From the NCBI GenBank assembly GCA_040755995.1, contig JBFMAF010000040.1:32001-96000 (forward strand): 64,000 nt of DNA. The letters run 5' to 3'. This DNA is from Acidobacteriota bacterium. GTDB taxonomy: Bacteria; Acidobacteriota; CAIWXX01. Below, piece after piece: positions 49,756 to 59,814 of this stretch. Below the pieces are notes generated by a model. That model ran no database searches. It was not told where the DNA came from and worked only from the letters and a program-made list of their open reading frames with translations. Numbering within the stretch: the stretch's first letter is position 1; the number at the start of each line of letters is the position of its first letter. A program made the position numbers and the translations under genes.

Positions 49756-52700
49756 ATGAGGCATCCAGCATCAGGAGGTTGGGCCGAAAGCTTGCAAGAC
49801 CGGGCCGCGCGCTTCATACGCGGGGCCGCGGCTACGATCCTGCTTGCCGCACTGACGGCGCCGGCTGCGGCGGGAGGATCGAGTGTGAGCGCACTGGATC
49901 TGGCGAGCGAATTCCACGTCCAGAACTGGCAGGCGGAGGATGGGCTCCCGCAGAACACAGTCAATGCGGTCGCACAGACTCCGGACGGCTTCCTGTGGAT
50001 AGGGACGCTCGGCGGCCTGATGCGATTCGATGGACACAGGTTTGACGCATTGGGACCAACCGGATTCCAGGAGTTCCGCAGCGAACCGTACGTGTGGTCA
50101 CTCATGGCGGACCAAACCGGCGTACTCTGGATTGGCAGTACAGCCGGTCTGTTTCGGATGGAGAACGGCCGTTTCAGCCGCATTGATCTGCCGGGACGCA
50201 GCCGAAGCGACCCGGTGCACAGGCTGTGCCGGGACCCGGCAGGGATTCTGTGGATCCTCACGGCCGGCGGTCTGCTCTTTCGCCTCGCCGGCGACTCCAT
50301 CACGCAATGCCCGTCGGAAGAAGGCCTGCCTGTGCGGCCGAAGACGAGCATCAGCGAAGACGTTTCGGGGCTGTTATGGGTCGGCACGGACTGCGGGTTG
50401 CTCTGCTTCGACGGAACCCGGCTGCGGAGCTGTCGTCAGGCAGGTCGCGAGACCGATACAGCGATTTACGCGCTTGCCCCGGATCCCAAAGGCGGGGTTT
50501 GGGTCGGGACTCGCGACCAGGGCTTGTTGCACGCGCGCGAAGGCTGCATCGAGCCGAGGGCAGTTGCGAGCACGGCAGGCGGGTCGATTCACGCGCTCTT
50601 TCGTGCCCGGGACGGGACCCTGTGGATCGGCCTGGGGTACGGAGGGCTCGGTACGATGCGCGCCGGAGTGTTCCGCCGGGTTCTCGTCAATCCGTTGCTC
50701 GATCGCGAGCGCATCCGCAGCATCTTCGAAGACCGCGACGGCAACCTGTGGGTCGGCACGGAAGGCACGGGTATGTTCCGACTTCGACCCAAGGCGCTCA
50801 GGGCCGTCACCGTGGCGGACGGGTTGCCGAGCGACTTCGTCCAGAGTGTCTACGAGGACCGATCGGGTTCGGTGTGGATCGGCACAGAGTACGGGCTTGC
50901 TCAGTTGACCAACGGTAGCATCGTGGTCCACCGAAATGGCGAGCGCTTCCAGGACAACTATGTGTTTGGTCTCGGCGAGGCGCAGGATGGGACACTCCTC
51001 GCAGGCACAGCCTCGGGCCTCTGGAACGTCCGAGACGGGCGTTTCGAACATGTGGGCTCATTCGCGGGTGCAGTGTGGAGCATCTGTCCCGATTCGAAGA
51101 GGAACACGTGGGTCGGGACATCATCGGGGCTGCACCTGCTGAGAAACGGTGCGTTGGAGAAGTTCCAACACGACCCGCTGCTGGCATCCGTCGAGACATC
51201 ACAGATACAGGCCGATGCTCACGGGACCGTCTGGGTGGGCACGCGAGAGAACGGGGTCTTCAGGATCGAAGGGGAGGCCGTCACGCACTTCACCCGGCAG
51301 GAGGGACTGCCCGACGACGCGATCGCAGCTCTCATGGTGGCATCCGACGGGTCGCCATGGGTGGCCACGCGGACGGGGCTGGCCTGGCGCCGCGGAGAGA
51401 AATGGCTGTCACTCGGCAGCCAGTCCGCTCCCATCGCGTCCGCGGGAATTACTACTATTGTAGAGGATCAGCAGCATCTCTGGTTAGGCAGCGCCAGGGG
51501 CATCTTCAGGTTGAGCAAACGCCAGATCGAGAATGAGACGAACCTCGGCGATGGCATCCTGGTGCCGACCGTGTTCGGCCGGGCCGATGGAATGATCTCC
51601 AGCGAATGCAACGGCGGCAGATACCCATGCGGGTTCGTTGCACGCGACGGACGCATTCTTTTCGCCACGATCAAGGGACTGGTCATTGTGGACCCGCGGC
51701 GTCTGCCGACGCGCAGGTTTCCGCCTGCCTCATACATCGTAGAAGCGTTCGTGGACGGCCGGCCGCTTTCCGCCGGTCGCGCATTCACGGCACCTGCCGG
51801 CTCGCGCTCCTTCGAATTCCAATACTCCTGCGTCGATCTGGCGTCGTCCCAGGAGCCGCGATTCGCATGCGTCCTGGAGGGATTCGACAACCGGTGGAGG
51901 GATGCGGGGACCAGCCGGGCAGCCCACTATGCGAATCTGAAGCCGGGCACCTATCGGTTCAGCGTGCGCGCATGCGGCAATGACGGGCTATGGAGTCGAG
52001 AGGCGGCGAGCGTCGAGTTCCGCCTGCTGCCGTTGTTCCATCAGACGTGGTACTTCATCGCGCTCTGCGTCTGCGCGACCGGCGCTGCAACCTGGCTTCT
52101 CTACCTGTTCCGACTCCGCCAGGTCAAGGCGCGTTTCCGCGCCGTGTTCGCAGAGCGCCAGCGGATTTCGCGCGAGCTTCATGACACGCTGGCACAGAAT
52201 CTCACCGCGGTATCGATGCAGCTCGACTCGATCGGGACCGAATCGCGAGGGGCGCTGGCCGCTTTCCAGGAGACCGTGAGCCGCGCGCGCAAGCTGATCG
52301 GCGAGGGCCTGCGCGAGGTCCGCCGGTCGGTGGCGGACCTCCGGCTGCTCGCGCTCGAGAAGCGCGATCTGCATCGTGCGCTTCTGGAGCTGGCTCTGGA
52401 CTGTATCGCCGGCACTTCAATGACCGCCCGTGTGGATGCGAAGGGCACGCCGAGGTCGCTGCCGTACCACGTGGAGCTGAATCTGTTCCGCATCGCACAG
52501 GAGGCTCTTGCCAACGCAGTGAAGCACTCGGGCGGAAGTGCGATTGACATAGACCTCAATTACACGCGGACCGGTGTAGTGCTTCGCGTGAAGGACGACG
52601 GCCAGGGGCTGACACCATTAGGTGGCTCCAGCCACGATCACGGATTCGGGCTTGTCGGCATGCGTGAACGCGTTCGCGCCCTGGGTGGGAGAATAGAGGT

Positions 52701-52761
52701 GAGGAGCCGGCCGGGGGAGGGAACCGAGATCAAAGTCAAGGTGCCTCTGCAAGCGAAGTGA
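49756..52761 (+). CDS. Ligand-binding sensor kinase (Reg_prop propeller, Y_Y_Y, HisKA_3, HATPase)
   Basis: DGLPQNTV..DGFLWIGT repeats, YANLKPGTYRF, ERQRISRELHDTLAQ, QEALANAVKHS, GLVGMRER. Confidence 0.93.
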   Translation: MRHPASGGWAESLQDRAARFIRGAAATILLAALTAPAAAGGSSVSALDLASEFHVQNWQAEDGLPQNTVNAVAQTPDGFLWIGTLGGLMRFDGHRFDALGPTGFQEFRSEPYVWSLMADQTGVLWIGSTAGLFRMENGRFSRIDLPGRSRSDPVHRLCRDPAGILWILTAGGLLFRLAGDSITQCPSEEGLPVRPKTSISEDVSGLLWVGTDCGLLCFDGTRLRSCRQAGRETDTAIYALAPDPKGGVWVGTRDQGLLHAREGCIEPRAVASTAGGSIHALFRARDGTLWIGLGYGGLGTMRAGVFRRVLVNPLLDRERIRSIFEDRDGNLWVGTEGTGMFRLRPKALRAVTVADGLPSDFVQSVYEDRSGSVWIGTEYGLAQLTNGSIVVHRNGERFQDNYVFGLGEAQDGTLLAGTASGLWNVRDGRFEHVGSFAGAVWSICPDSKRNTWVGTSSGLHLLRNGALEKFQHDPLLASVETSQIQADAHGTVWVGTRENGVFRIEGEAVTHFTRQEGLPDDAIAALMVASDGSPWVATRTGLAWRRGEKWLSLGSQSAPIASAGITTIVEDQQHLWLGSARGIFRLSKRQIENETNLGDGILVPTVFGRADGMISSECNGGRYPCGFVARDGRILFATIKGLVIVDPRRLPTRRFPPASYIVEAFVDGRPLSAGRAFTAPAGSRSFEFQYSCVDLASSQEPRFACVLEGFDNRWRDAGTSRAAHYANLKPGTYRFSVRACGNDGLWSREAASVEFRLLPLFHQTWYFIALCVCATGAATWLLYLFRLRQVKARFRAVFAERQRISRELHDTLAQNLTAVSMQLDSIGTESRGALAAFQETVSRARKLIGEGLREVRRSVADLRLLALEKRDLHRALLELALDCIAGTSMTARVDAKGTPRSLPYHVELNLFRIAQEALANAVKHSGGSAIDIDLNYTRTGVVLRVKDDGQGLTPLGGSSHDHGFGLVGMRERVRALGGRIEVRSRPGEGTEIKVKVPLQAK

Positions 52762-52768
52762 GGGCGGC

Positions 52769-53410
52769 ATGGAGGAGAAGATGATGACGGCGCACGCGGC
52801 GGTGCGGGTTCTGGTCGCTGACGATCATCCCGTTGTACGGGCCGGAATTGTCTCAGCGATCGCGTCCCAGTCAGACTTGAGGGTCGTGGGAGAGGCGGGG
52901 ACCGGCGAAGAGGTGGTGCGGTTGTTCCGTGAACTTCGACCCGACGTCACCCTGGTCGACCTGAACATGCCCGGCCAAGGCGGGATCTCGGCAATCGAGG
53001 CGATTCGCAAGGAGGCGCCGCGCGCCCGCATCATCGTGCTCACGGTGTGCGACGGAGATGAGGACATCCGCCGCGCGCTCGATGCCGGCGCGCAGGGTTA
53101 TCTGCTGAAGGACGTCACCGCCGAGAAGCTCCTGGCCGCCGTGCGATCGGTTCACGCCGGGTTCCGTGAGGTCTCCGAGGCCGTTCAGAGCCGTCTGGCC
53201 GAGCCTCCGGCGGAACTGACGGACCGCGAGCTGGAGGTGCTCCAGCTCATCGCCAAGGGGTTCACCAACAAGGAAACCGGCAAGCTCCTGGGCGTGTCCG
53301 AGGGCACGATCAAGACCCACGTCGTCCACATCCTGGCGAAGCTCGAAGCGAGCGACCGGACCGAGGCGGTCATGGTGGCCATGCAGAGGGGAATACTCCA
53401 CCAGTCCTGA
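52769..53410 (+). CDS. NarL/LuxR-family response regulator
   Basis: ADDHPVVR, DLNMP, LTDRELEVL..TIKTHV. Confidence 0.95.
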   Translation: MEEKMMTAHAAVRVLVADDHPVVRAGIVSAIASQSDLRVVGEAGTGEEVVRLFRELRPDVTLVDLNMPGQGGISAIEAIRKEAPRARIIVLTVCDGDEDIRRALDAGAQGYLLKDVTAEKLLAAVRSVHAGFREVSEAVQSRLAEPPAELTDRELEVLQLIAKGFTNKETGKLLGVSEGTIKTHVVHILAKLEASDRTEAVMVAMQRGILHQS

Positions 53411-53476
53411 CCCCGCAGAATCTCGCTCGCTCAACCGAGATATCCGCTGCGCGGATCGACTTGACGAACTGCGCCC

Positions 53477-56400
53477 CTATCTCGGGGCCATGCTCAGTAG
53501 CGGTACGAGTCTTTCCAGAGTGGAGTCGCCGCCATGCGTATATGATCCGCCGTCGAGAGCGATGCGGAAACCGTGGTCGGCGAAGAGCAGCAGCGGCTTG
53601 CTTTGATCCAGGCGCTTCCTTACGCCGCCAAGAGCCAGGCGCAGCTCGGCCGCCGCTATCCGAACCAGATCCTCGAACGGCGGGAATCGCCGGTGCAGCA
53701 GCTGGTCCACCGCGTCGATCTTGACGAAGGAGCGTACGTGCCCGGACTCGATCAGCGTGCGGTAGCAAGCGTCCGTGGTGGTCTCGCTCGACACCATCGC
53801 GTAGGAATCCGTCGCAACACGCCATGCAGCCAGCACTTCCTCAATGCTGCTCCGCAGCTCGGCGAAGAGAGGCAAGCCCAGGCAATCGACCATGATCCAC
53901 TGGGACTCCGTGTGCTGCCGTAGCGCCTCGGCGAGGCCCGGCGGCTGCGGCCGCAGCTCTGTGCGCGCCAGTGCATCCAGCCGCTCCAGCCAGCGCTGCG
54001 GCGCAACGCGCAGCATGCGATGGTGCTGGCGATAGAGCGCCGCTGCCACCGAGCGCAGCCGCTCGGCCGTGCCGGCCTCCTGCGGCCGCACAAGATCGAC
54101 CGCTGCGGCGACCAGCGGCGAGCCGCTCCTGGACGGTGCCGGTCCCAGCCTGCCGTCCAGCAGCCACCGCAGAATCTGCTCCTCCGCGCTCTCATCGAAC
54201 CCCAGCTGCTCCAGACGGCTCAACGACTCGGCCGAGACCCACTCCGGCTGCAGATGCTCTCCGATTCGCTTGCGCATGTCAGCGCCCAGGCCCTTCGGGA
54301 GAGGCACTCCGTGGCGCAGCGACTGCTCGGCGCACCACAGGGCGATCTCATCCGGCTCGGCGCCGGACCGGCGCTTCAGCCTGATGCGCGCAGCCTCGAT
54401 GCGTCCCAGCTCGCGCTCAATGGCGGCTGCGAGCTCGGCGCGTTCCCACGTGGCGCCGCACAGCGGCTCCAGCAGAGCCTCCACCTCCACCTGCGCGACT
54501 AGTGAGACTCCGCCGAGGAGCTGGTCGAGCAGATCCAGATCGTCGATCTCCGGATAATCCGCCCGGTTTTCGAGGTAGGCAGATGTTCTAGGGTTCACCT
54601 CCACCCACTCTTTCCTCAGCCGTTCCCTGACGGACTCCTGCCCGAAGAACAGCGTGAGCGTCGATTCGATCTTCTCGCGCAGCGTCTCGAATGCGCGCAT
54701 CTCCTCCGCAATCGGCGCTCTCTCTCCGTCGAACCCGCACGGGCAGACGGGCTGGAAGTCGAGGTTCACGAGGCCGCGGCAGCGGAGCGCCCGTGCGCGA
54801 TCGCGACACGCCTGCATCTGCTTCAGCTCCGCTTCGAGCGCCACGTGCCGGCTCCGCACCACCTTGGGCGGGTCCCATTCCCAGATAGCGTGTCCCTTTC
54901 CCCACCAGTCCGCATGCAGGCGGGCGTAGCTGGTCTTGTGATCCTCGTAGATGGCGTGTGCTCGCGCGAGCCACTGGTCCACCTCGCTCATGTTGTCCAG
55001 GCCGGGAGGCGGTCCAAGCGCCTCGACCCTGGAACCGAGATCGAGGGCGCGACACGATGCCAGGGCCGGGTGTCCGAGTAGGTGGCTGAATCGCTGAAGC
55101 TCGGCCAGTATCTTCTCGATGCGTTCCGGCGCGCCCTCGAGCTCGTCGCACAGCGACACGAAGAGCTCCGCCGTGCCCGCCTCGTACAAGAACTGCTGGA
55201 ATCCCTGAAGCTCACTATCTCCGGCCTCCAATGAATTCCAGAGGCGGACCACTCTGGCGAGCTTCTCGGAGAGCGCGGCGGCCCCTGGCGCCTGGGCGAT
55301 CTTGAGGAGCGCCTGTTGGAGGCGCGTGCTCTCGCGATGCCCTGCCTCGCGCAGCTGCCGCACCGCGTTGCGCTGGCCGATGACCGTCCATTGCGCGGGC
55401 ACACGGGCGCCGAACCTCTTGCACAGCTTCTCCAGCTCCCTCAGCTGTTCCACACTCAGGGCACGGCCGGGCACGATCCTGTCGTACTGGATTGGAGTGG
55501 GGAGCGCTTCGAAAAGCTCGCGATAGGACTGCCGGTCTTTCAGGATATCGATATCGCCCTGGAGCAGAAGGAAAATGAGCAGCAGGTGGATCTGGTCCGG
55601 CACGAGCCCGTATACGGGGCTCGCGAGGTGCTCGTAAACGACTTTCGGGGCAGGGTGGTGCTCGAGCAGCGGCCTCAACAGGCTCACCAGCTCGTTTCGC
55701 TCCAGGTGGGCGGGCAGCGCGTAGTTGCGGCCTTTTCGCTGCAGGAGCCCCATCGGCGCGAGATAAGCCTCGCGTATGAGCTTCACGAACTCGTCGGCCT
55801 CGTACTCGCCGGGATCATGCTGTGCCGACCAGCGCATGAACCGGCGGTATGCCTCGTTGGCCAGCGGGCCGTAGCCCGGAGCGAAACGTTCGAACGCCGG
55901 GTAGTACCGGCGCAGGACGTATTGGCCGTACTTCGCGAGCCACGATTGCGCCGATCCGGACGTGTCGATGCGCAGAGGGCCCTCGGGTTCGCCGGCCGGA
56001 CCGGCGACGCGTGCCTCGAGGTAGACGCTGCTGAGCCTGGAGCGGAAGAGCGCGAGGCGCGGCGACATGCGCCGCTCGAGCCTCGACGCGACATCCCCGC
56101 CGGCCACCTTGCCGCGAAGCCGCGCCATTGCTGCAAGCTCCACCAGCTCCTCTCCGATCTCCATCCGCTCGGGGATGAGCGTGTAGCACCCCGGCGCCGG
56201 CTCCGCCTCGCCCCACGGCAGACGAATGCAAAGCGCAGGCCCCTCGCGGGCCGGCGGCTGGCCATCGCCAAAGTAGACCTGGATCGTCCGATCGTGGAAA
56301 TGCCAGCGAATCATCCGCGGCTGCCACTCATCCCGGGCCAGCGCGAACGGGTTGAAACCGGTCTCGCCGAGAAATGGGATGATCCCCTCGAAGACGATCT

Positions 56401-57754
56401 CGCCTCGACCCTGCAGCTCCGCGATCTCCCGTTGGAGCATCTTTTCAAGGTCTTCCTCGCCTCGATCCTCCAGATTCAGCGAATAGGCGTCACCTTGCTG
56501 TTGCACGTAGCGGCCCTTCTGGACGAGCGATCGCAGGATGTTCTCGACGACCTTGACGTTCTTGGCGGGGTCGGTGAGCGCGACCGTCGCGAGCAGCAAC
56601 GAGGCCGCTTCTGCCGCGCTGAATCCATCACGCGACGGCGACATGTGCGCAAGCATCAGGAGCTTGATGACGCGCCACGCGAGGGTTCTCTGAGGCTCCG
56701 TTGAGAATATCTCGGCGATGTGGATTCGGTAGTACGGGAACAGCCGCTGTGCCAGCGGCAGGAACTCCGGCTGCGTTTCCAGAGTGTCCTGGAAGTGATC
56801 CACTATGAAATCCGGTGTCAGCAAGCTGCCCCACGGCTTGTCCAGGAACGGAGCAGATCGTCGCGCCGGGTCGCCGCGAAGTTGCGTCACGACGAAATCG
56901 ACGACACCGCGCGCCTGGGAGAAGCGGTCCCGCACTTCGGCGAGCAGATCGAGGGTGGCGGGATGAAGGGGATAGGTCGAAGCGAGAGCCTGGAGGTCGA
57001 CTTTGACGTTGCCAGGCATGGCGGCGCGCAGGCGCGACAGCAGCTCGCCGACGGCCTCGTCGTAGCCCGGCTTCTTGATCAGTATGCTCTGGCTGATGAG
57101 ATCTCTCACGTGCGCCGGCGTCAACAGCAGGCGCACGGGAAAGCGGTCCTTGATCTTGCGGAACAGATCGTACTCCAGGTCTCCGGTGTGCTCGATCTGC
57201 TCCTGCATGGCCGCGAGGACCCAGAACCGATTTCCAAGCGCCCACTCGCCGGTGAACTGCAGGAACCGGACGTCCTCGTTGAAACTCTCGCGCGTGGGTT
57301 TGGATCGCAGGAACTCGGAGAGCTCGTCGAGGATGAGAAGCACCGTCCGATTCTGTTGAAAGGACGACCACGCGATGCGCCGATCCTCTCGACCTGTGGC
57401 GATTCCCAGCGCGCGCCCGATGATATCTTCGATGCGGGTGTCGGAGCTGAAGTTGAGCAGCGAAATGGCCGCTACTTCCGGCGCGCTCTCGACGAACTCT
57501 CCCGAGCATATCTTCTGCGCTATGTACGCAAGGAAGTGCGACTTGCCTGATCCATATTGACCGATCAGGAAGACGCCGGAACCAGCGGATCTGCCGAGCA
57601 GTTCCTGCATCACGCGCAAGTGCGCTCCGACTTCGCCGGTGACGAAGTAGTTCTCCGTGATCCAGCCGGCGCGATCGGTCTGCAAATCATCAAGGCGAAC
57701 TACCGTCGGCCGCGGGATCACATCCACCAGATCGCGTATGCTCGCCGGCTTCAT
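53477..57754 (-). CDS. DUF6079/BrxC-like P-loop ATPase fused to C-terminal PglZ-like alkaline phosphatase-fold domain
   Basis: Walker A GQYGSGKSH, Walker B LILDELSEFL, YPLHP, C..PVCPCGF; C-terminal VDCLG, ETTT, D..LH, ADHGF, HGG. Confidence 0.75.
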   Translation of the reverse strand: MKPASIRDLVDVIPRPTVVRLDDLQTDRAGWITENYFVTGEVGAHLRVMQELLGRSAGSGVFLIGQYGSGKSHFLAYIAQKICSGEFVESAPEVAAISLLNFSSDTRIEDIIGRALGIATGREDRRIAWSSFQQNRTVLLILDELSEFLRSKPTRESFNEDVRFLQFTGEWALGNRFWVLAAMQEQIEHTGDLEYDLFRKIKDRFPVRLLLTPAHVRDLISQSILIKKPGYDEAVGELLSRLRAAMPGNVKVDLQALASTYPLHPATLDLLAEVRDRFSQARGVVDFVVTQLRGDPARRSAPFLDKPWGSLLTPDFIVDHFQDTLETQPEFLPLAQRLFPYYRIHIAEIFSTEPQRTLAWRVIKLLMLAHMSPSRDGFSAAEAASLLLATVALTDPAKNVKVVENILRSLVQKGRYVQQQGDAYSLNLEDRGEEDLEKMLQREIAELQGRGEIVFEGIIPFLGETGFNPFALARDEWQPRMIRWHFHDRTIQVYFGDGQPPAREGPALCIRLPWGEAEPAPGCYTLIPERMEIGEELVELAAMARLRGKVAGGDVASRLERRMSPRLALFRSRLSSVYLEARVAGPAGEPEGPLRIDTSGSAQSWLAKYGQYVLRRYYPAFERFAPGYGPLANEAYRRFMRWSAQHDPGEYEADEFVKLIREAYLAPMGLLQRKGRNYALPAHLERNELVSLLRPLLEHHPAPKVVYEHLASPVYGLVPDQIHLLLIFLLLQGDIDILKDRQSYRELFEALPTPIQYDRIVPGRALSVEQLRELEKLCKRFGARVPAQWTVIGQRNAVRQLREAGHRESTRLQQALLKIAQAPGAAALSEKLARVVRLWNSLEAGDSELQGFQQFLYEAGTAELFVSLCDELEGAPERIEKILAELQRFSHLLGHPALASCRALDLGSRVEALGPPPGLDNMSEVDQWLARAHAIYEDHKTSYARLHADWWGKGHAIWEWDPPKVVRSRHVALEAELKQMQACRDRARALRCRGLVNLDFQPVCPCGFDGERAPIAEEMRAFETLREKIESTLTLFFGQESVRERLRKEWVEVNPRTSAYLENRADYPEIDDLDLLDQLLGGVSLVAQVEVEALLEPLCGATWERAELAAAIERELGRIEAARIRLKRRSGAEPDEIALWCAEQSLRHGVPLPKGLGADMRKRIGEHLQPEWVSAESLSRLEQLGFDESAEEQILRWLLDGRLGPAPSRSGSPLVAAAVDLVRPQEAGTAERLRSVAAALYRQHHRMLRVAPQRWLERLDALARTELRPQPPGLAEALRQHTESQWIMVDCLGLPLFAELRSSIEEVLAAWRVATDSYAMVSSETTTDACYRTLIESGHVRSFVKIDAVDQLLHRRFPPFEDLVRIAAAELRLALGGVRKRLDQSKPLLLFADHGFRIALDGGSYTHGGDSTLERLVPLLSMAPR

Positions 57755-57907
57755 GCGTCAGAATCTATCACAGGTGGCGGGCCAGCGGCGCAGACGGCAG
57801 ACTGACGGACTTGCCGCTCGAGGACGCGCAGTGGCTTGTAGGGCGCCAGCACGGCCTGATGCGAAGAACATGTTGCGATCAAGGCGCGTCTTGAACGATG
57901 TGTGATT

Positions 57908-57932
57908 CGTCTTCCGTCTCCCGTCTTCCGTC
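57908..57932. repeat. Tandem heptamers CGTCTYC (3.5 units)
   Basis: CGTCTTC CGTCTCC CGTCTTC CGTC. Confidence 0.6.
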
Positions 57933-57961
57933 CGGTGGCGCAGCCTCGCTTGCGATTCCGA

Positions 57962-58026
57962 TATACAGCGCGTCATGCACTGCGTCGACTCGTTGAGTCT
58001 GTTGTCGACTCATGACGTGCTGTATA
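57962..58026. mobile_element. 65-bp MITE-like element, copy 2
   Basis: TATACAGCGCGTCATG...CATGACGTGCTGTATA terminal inverted repeats (15/16 match). Confidence 0.72.
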
Positions 58027-58061
58027 GAATGTGAGCGGCCCCCACGCTGGATGCGACGGCA

Positions 58062-59036
58062 GTGAGCAGCAGAATCGCCACCGTGCTACACCGCAACATG
58101 GCGGCCGCGCTGCGGAAGGGTGATCTGGAGCAGGCGGAATCCATCCTGGAACACCTGAAGCGTGAGGATCCGCTGTCGGTTCAGACACGTGGGTTGGAGC
58201 TGGAGTACATTCTCGAATCGGGTCGCCTGGACGAGGCGAGTGCTTTGTCCTCGCAGCTACTCAACCTCTTCCCCACTTCTCCTCGGATTCACTATATTGC
58301 CGGCCTTATCGACTACAGACGGCGCGACTACCCGGCGGCAGAATTGCATCTGACCGAAAGCCAGCGTCTTCATCCGCACTGGCGCACCGAGTACTGGATC
58401 GGCAGGACGCTCACGCAGGCAGGGCGTTTCGAGGAGGCCGAGGCTACGCTTCTGAGGATACTGCCTCAGTATCCTGGATGCCGCATGGACCTGGCATGGC
58501 TCTACGAGAGGAAGCAGGACTTCGCGCGGGCTCTGCAGCACATCCAGGCACACGTAAAGGAGAACCCGCGTGACGCTCGCGCCGCGGCGCAGCTCGAACG
58601 CCTCCGCGCACGCAGCATGAGCCCGGCGGACTTGCAGGATGAGGTCGAGACCCTGATCGACCTTGGCGAGGACGTTTCTCCCGCGGTCCTTCCGGAGTAC
58701 CTGGAGACGCTTTTGCGAACGGGGCAAGGAAGCAAGGCAAGGGCGATAGTCCAGCAGAGAGTCCAGGACATGGACGCGCGCCTCGCCACACGCCTCGCCT
58801 GGACCTGCTACTCGCTCCAGGCCTACGACATGGCCCTTCAACTGTTCATGAAGAGCTTTGCCGAGAACCGCACGAACTTCAAGTTCCTGGCGGCAATCGA
58901 GGCGGCCGCCGATCGCTGCGGGCGCCTTCAGGAGCTCATTCGCCTGTATAGAGCAAACGCGGCCGAGGTGCGCAGCCTGTACGGGCGGATCCAGAGACTC
59001 GACAAGCGGCTGCGCCTCTCTCGCGGCCCCGGCTGA
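58062..59036 (+). CDS. Tetratricopeptide repeat protein
   Basis: TPR-like helices (YIAGLIDY..DYPAAE, YWIGRTL..GRFEEAE, DLAWLYE); no signal peptide. Confidence 0.8.
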   Translation: MSSRIATVLHRNMAAALRKGDLEQAESILEHLKREDPLSVQTRGLELEYILESGRLDEASALSSQLLNLFPTSPRIHYIAGLIDYRRRDYPAAELHLTESQRLHPHWRTEYWIGRTLTQAGRFEEAEATLLRILPQYPGCRMDLAWLYERKQDFARALQHIQAHVKENPRDARAAAQLERLRARSMSPADLQDEVETLIDLGEDVSPAVLPEYLETLLRTGQGSKARAIVQQRVQDMDARLATRLAWTCYSLQAYDMALQLFMKSFAENRTNFKFLAAIEAAADRCGRLQELIRLYRANAAEVRSLYGRIQRLDKRLRLSRGPG

Positions 59037-59060
59037 TGGCTCGCCGGGAGCTTACTGCTG

Positions 59061-59330
59061 TCACCCTTGGCTCCTTGCTCTTCGAAGACCTCGGATCTCC
59101 AGGTACAAGCCGAGCCCGAGGGAACCGGCGAAGCTGGCGATGGTTACCAGGGTATGGGCGTAGCTGTAGGCATAGACCGCTCTTGAGACCTCGGTGAGAC
59201 GTCCCTTGCCGCCGAGAAAGTACTTCCCGGAGGCCGCCTTCCCGTTCAGCGCGTCGCCTCCCAGGCTCATCCCCACGAATGCCCAGACTGCGAAGTTCAG
59301 AATCACAGCGATGAAGATCCCCGATCCCAT
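59061..59330 (-). CDS. Small membrane protein
   Basis: Two hydrophobic segments around GGDALNGK..GKYFLG..TEVS..Y.YS..H. Confidence 0.6.
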   Translation of the reverse strand: MGSGIFIAVILNFAVWAFVGMSLGGDALNGKAASGKYFLGGKGRLTEVSRAVYAYSYAHTLVTIASFAGSLGLGLYLEIRGLRRARSQG

Positions 59331-59661
59331 TCGTTGCCCCTGAGAGCCTCCGGAGCCCCGAGCCACAGGGGGTTCGCTAGTAACCAAGCCAGCAGAGAAG
59401 GATCAAGGCTGCGATCGCAGCAAGCTTCGTAATCATGAAAGACCTCCGAGCTGAACTCCAGTCCACGTATCCACGTTCGTGCGGTCTCTCGCCCCATTAA
59501 CAATATCGGCCCCGCGGACCATCCGTGCCTCTATCGATAGACGGAGCTGCGCAGGGACATTGTGTGAGCCTGCTTGAGGCGCGCCGGCCTGACTGTGCGC
59601 GGCTTTGTTCAATGTGATCGCCGTCACACTTGCACGGGGAACGGACTGCAATCTGACTTCA

Positions 59662-59731
59662 CCTCTATCCTTCGATGGAGGCGAGACGATTGGCGACAGC
59701 CGATACTGGGGGTAGAGACACGGAACGATGA
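59662..59731 (+). promoter_or_regulatory. Conserved operator/promoter motif, copy A
   Basis: CTCTATC-CTTC-GATGGAG GC, 16 nt, GCCGATACT, ..GGAACGATGA. Confidence 0.65.
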
Positions 59732-59814
59732 TGAACCAAGCAAACAAACATGCTGGCTCGGGAGCGCGGGCGCTGCTCGCGCGCGTCTGTTGCCAGACGG
59801 GAGGAACACGACTT

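Noticed and set aside
53477..57754. Complete BREX system
   Set aside because: No methyltransferase, BrxA/B/F/L or helicase genes on either side
59529..59541. CTCTATCGATAGA as a fourth full copy of the operator motif
   Set aside because: Lacks the 4-nt spacer and the downstream GCCGATACT; at most an accessory site
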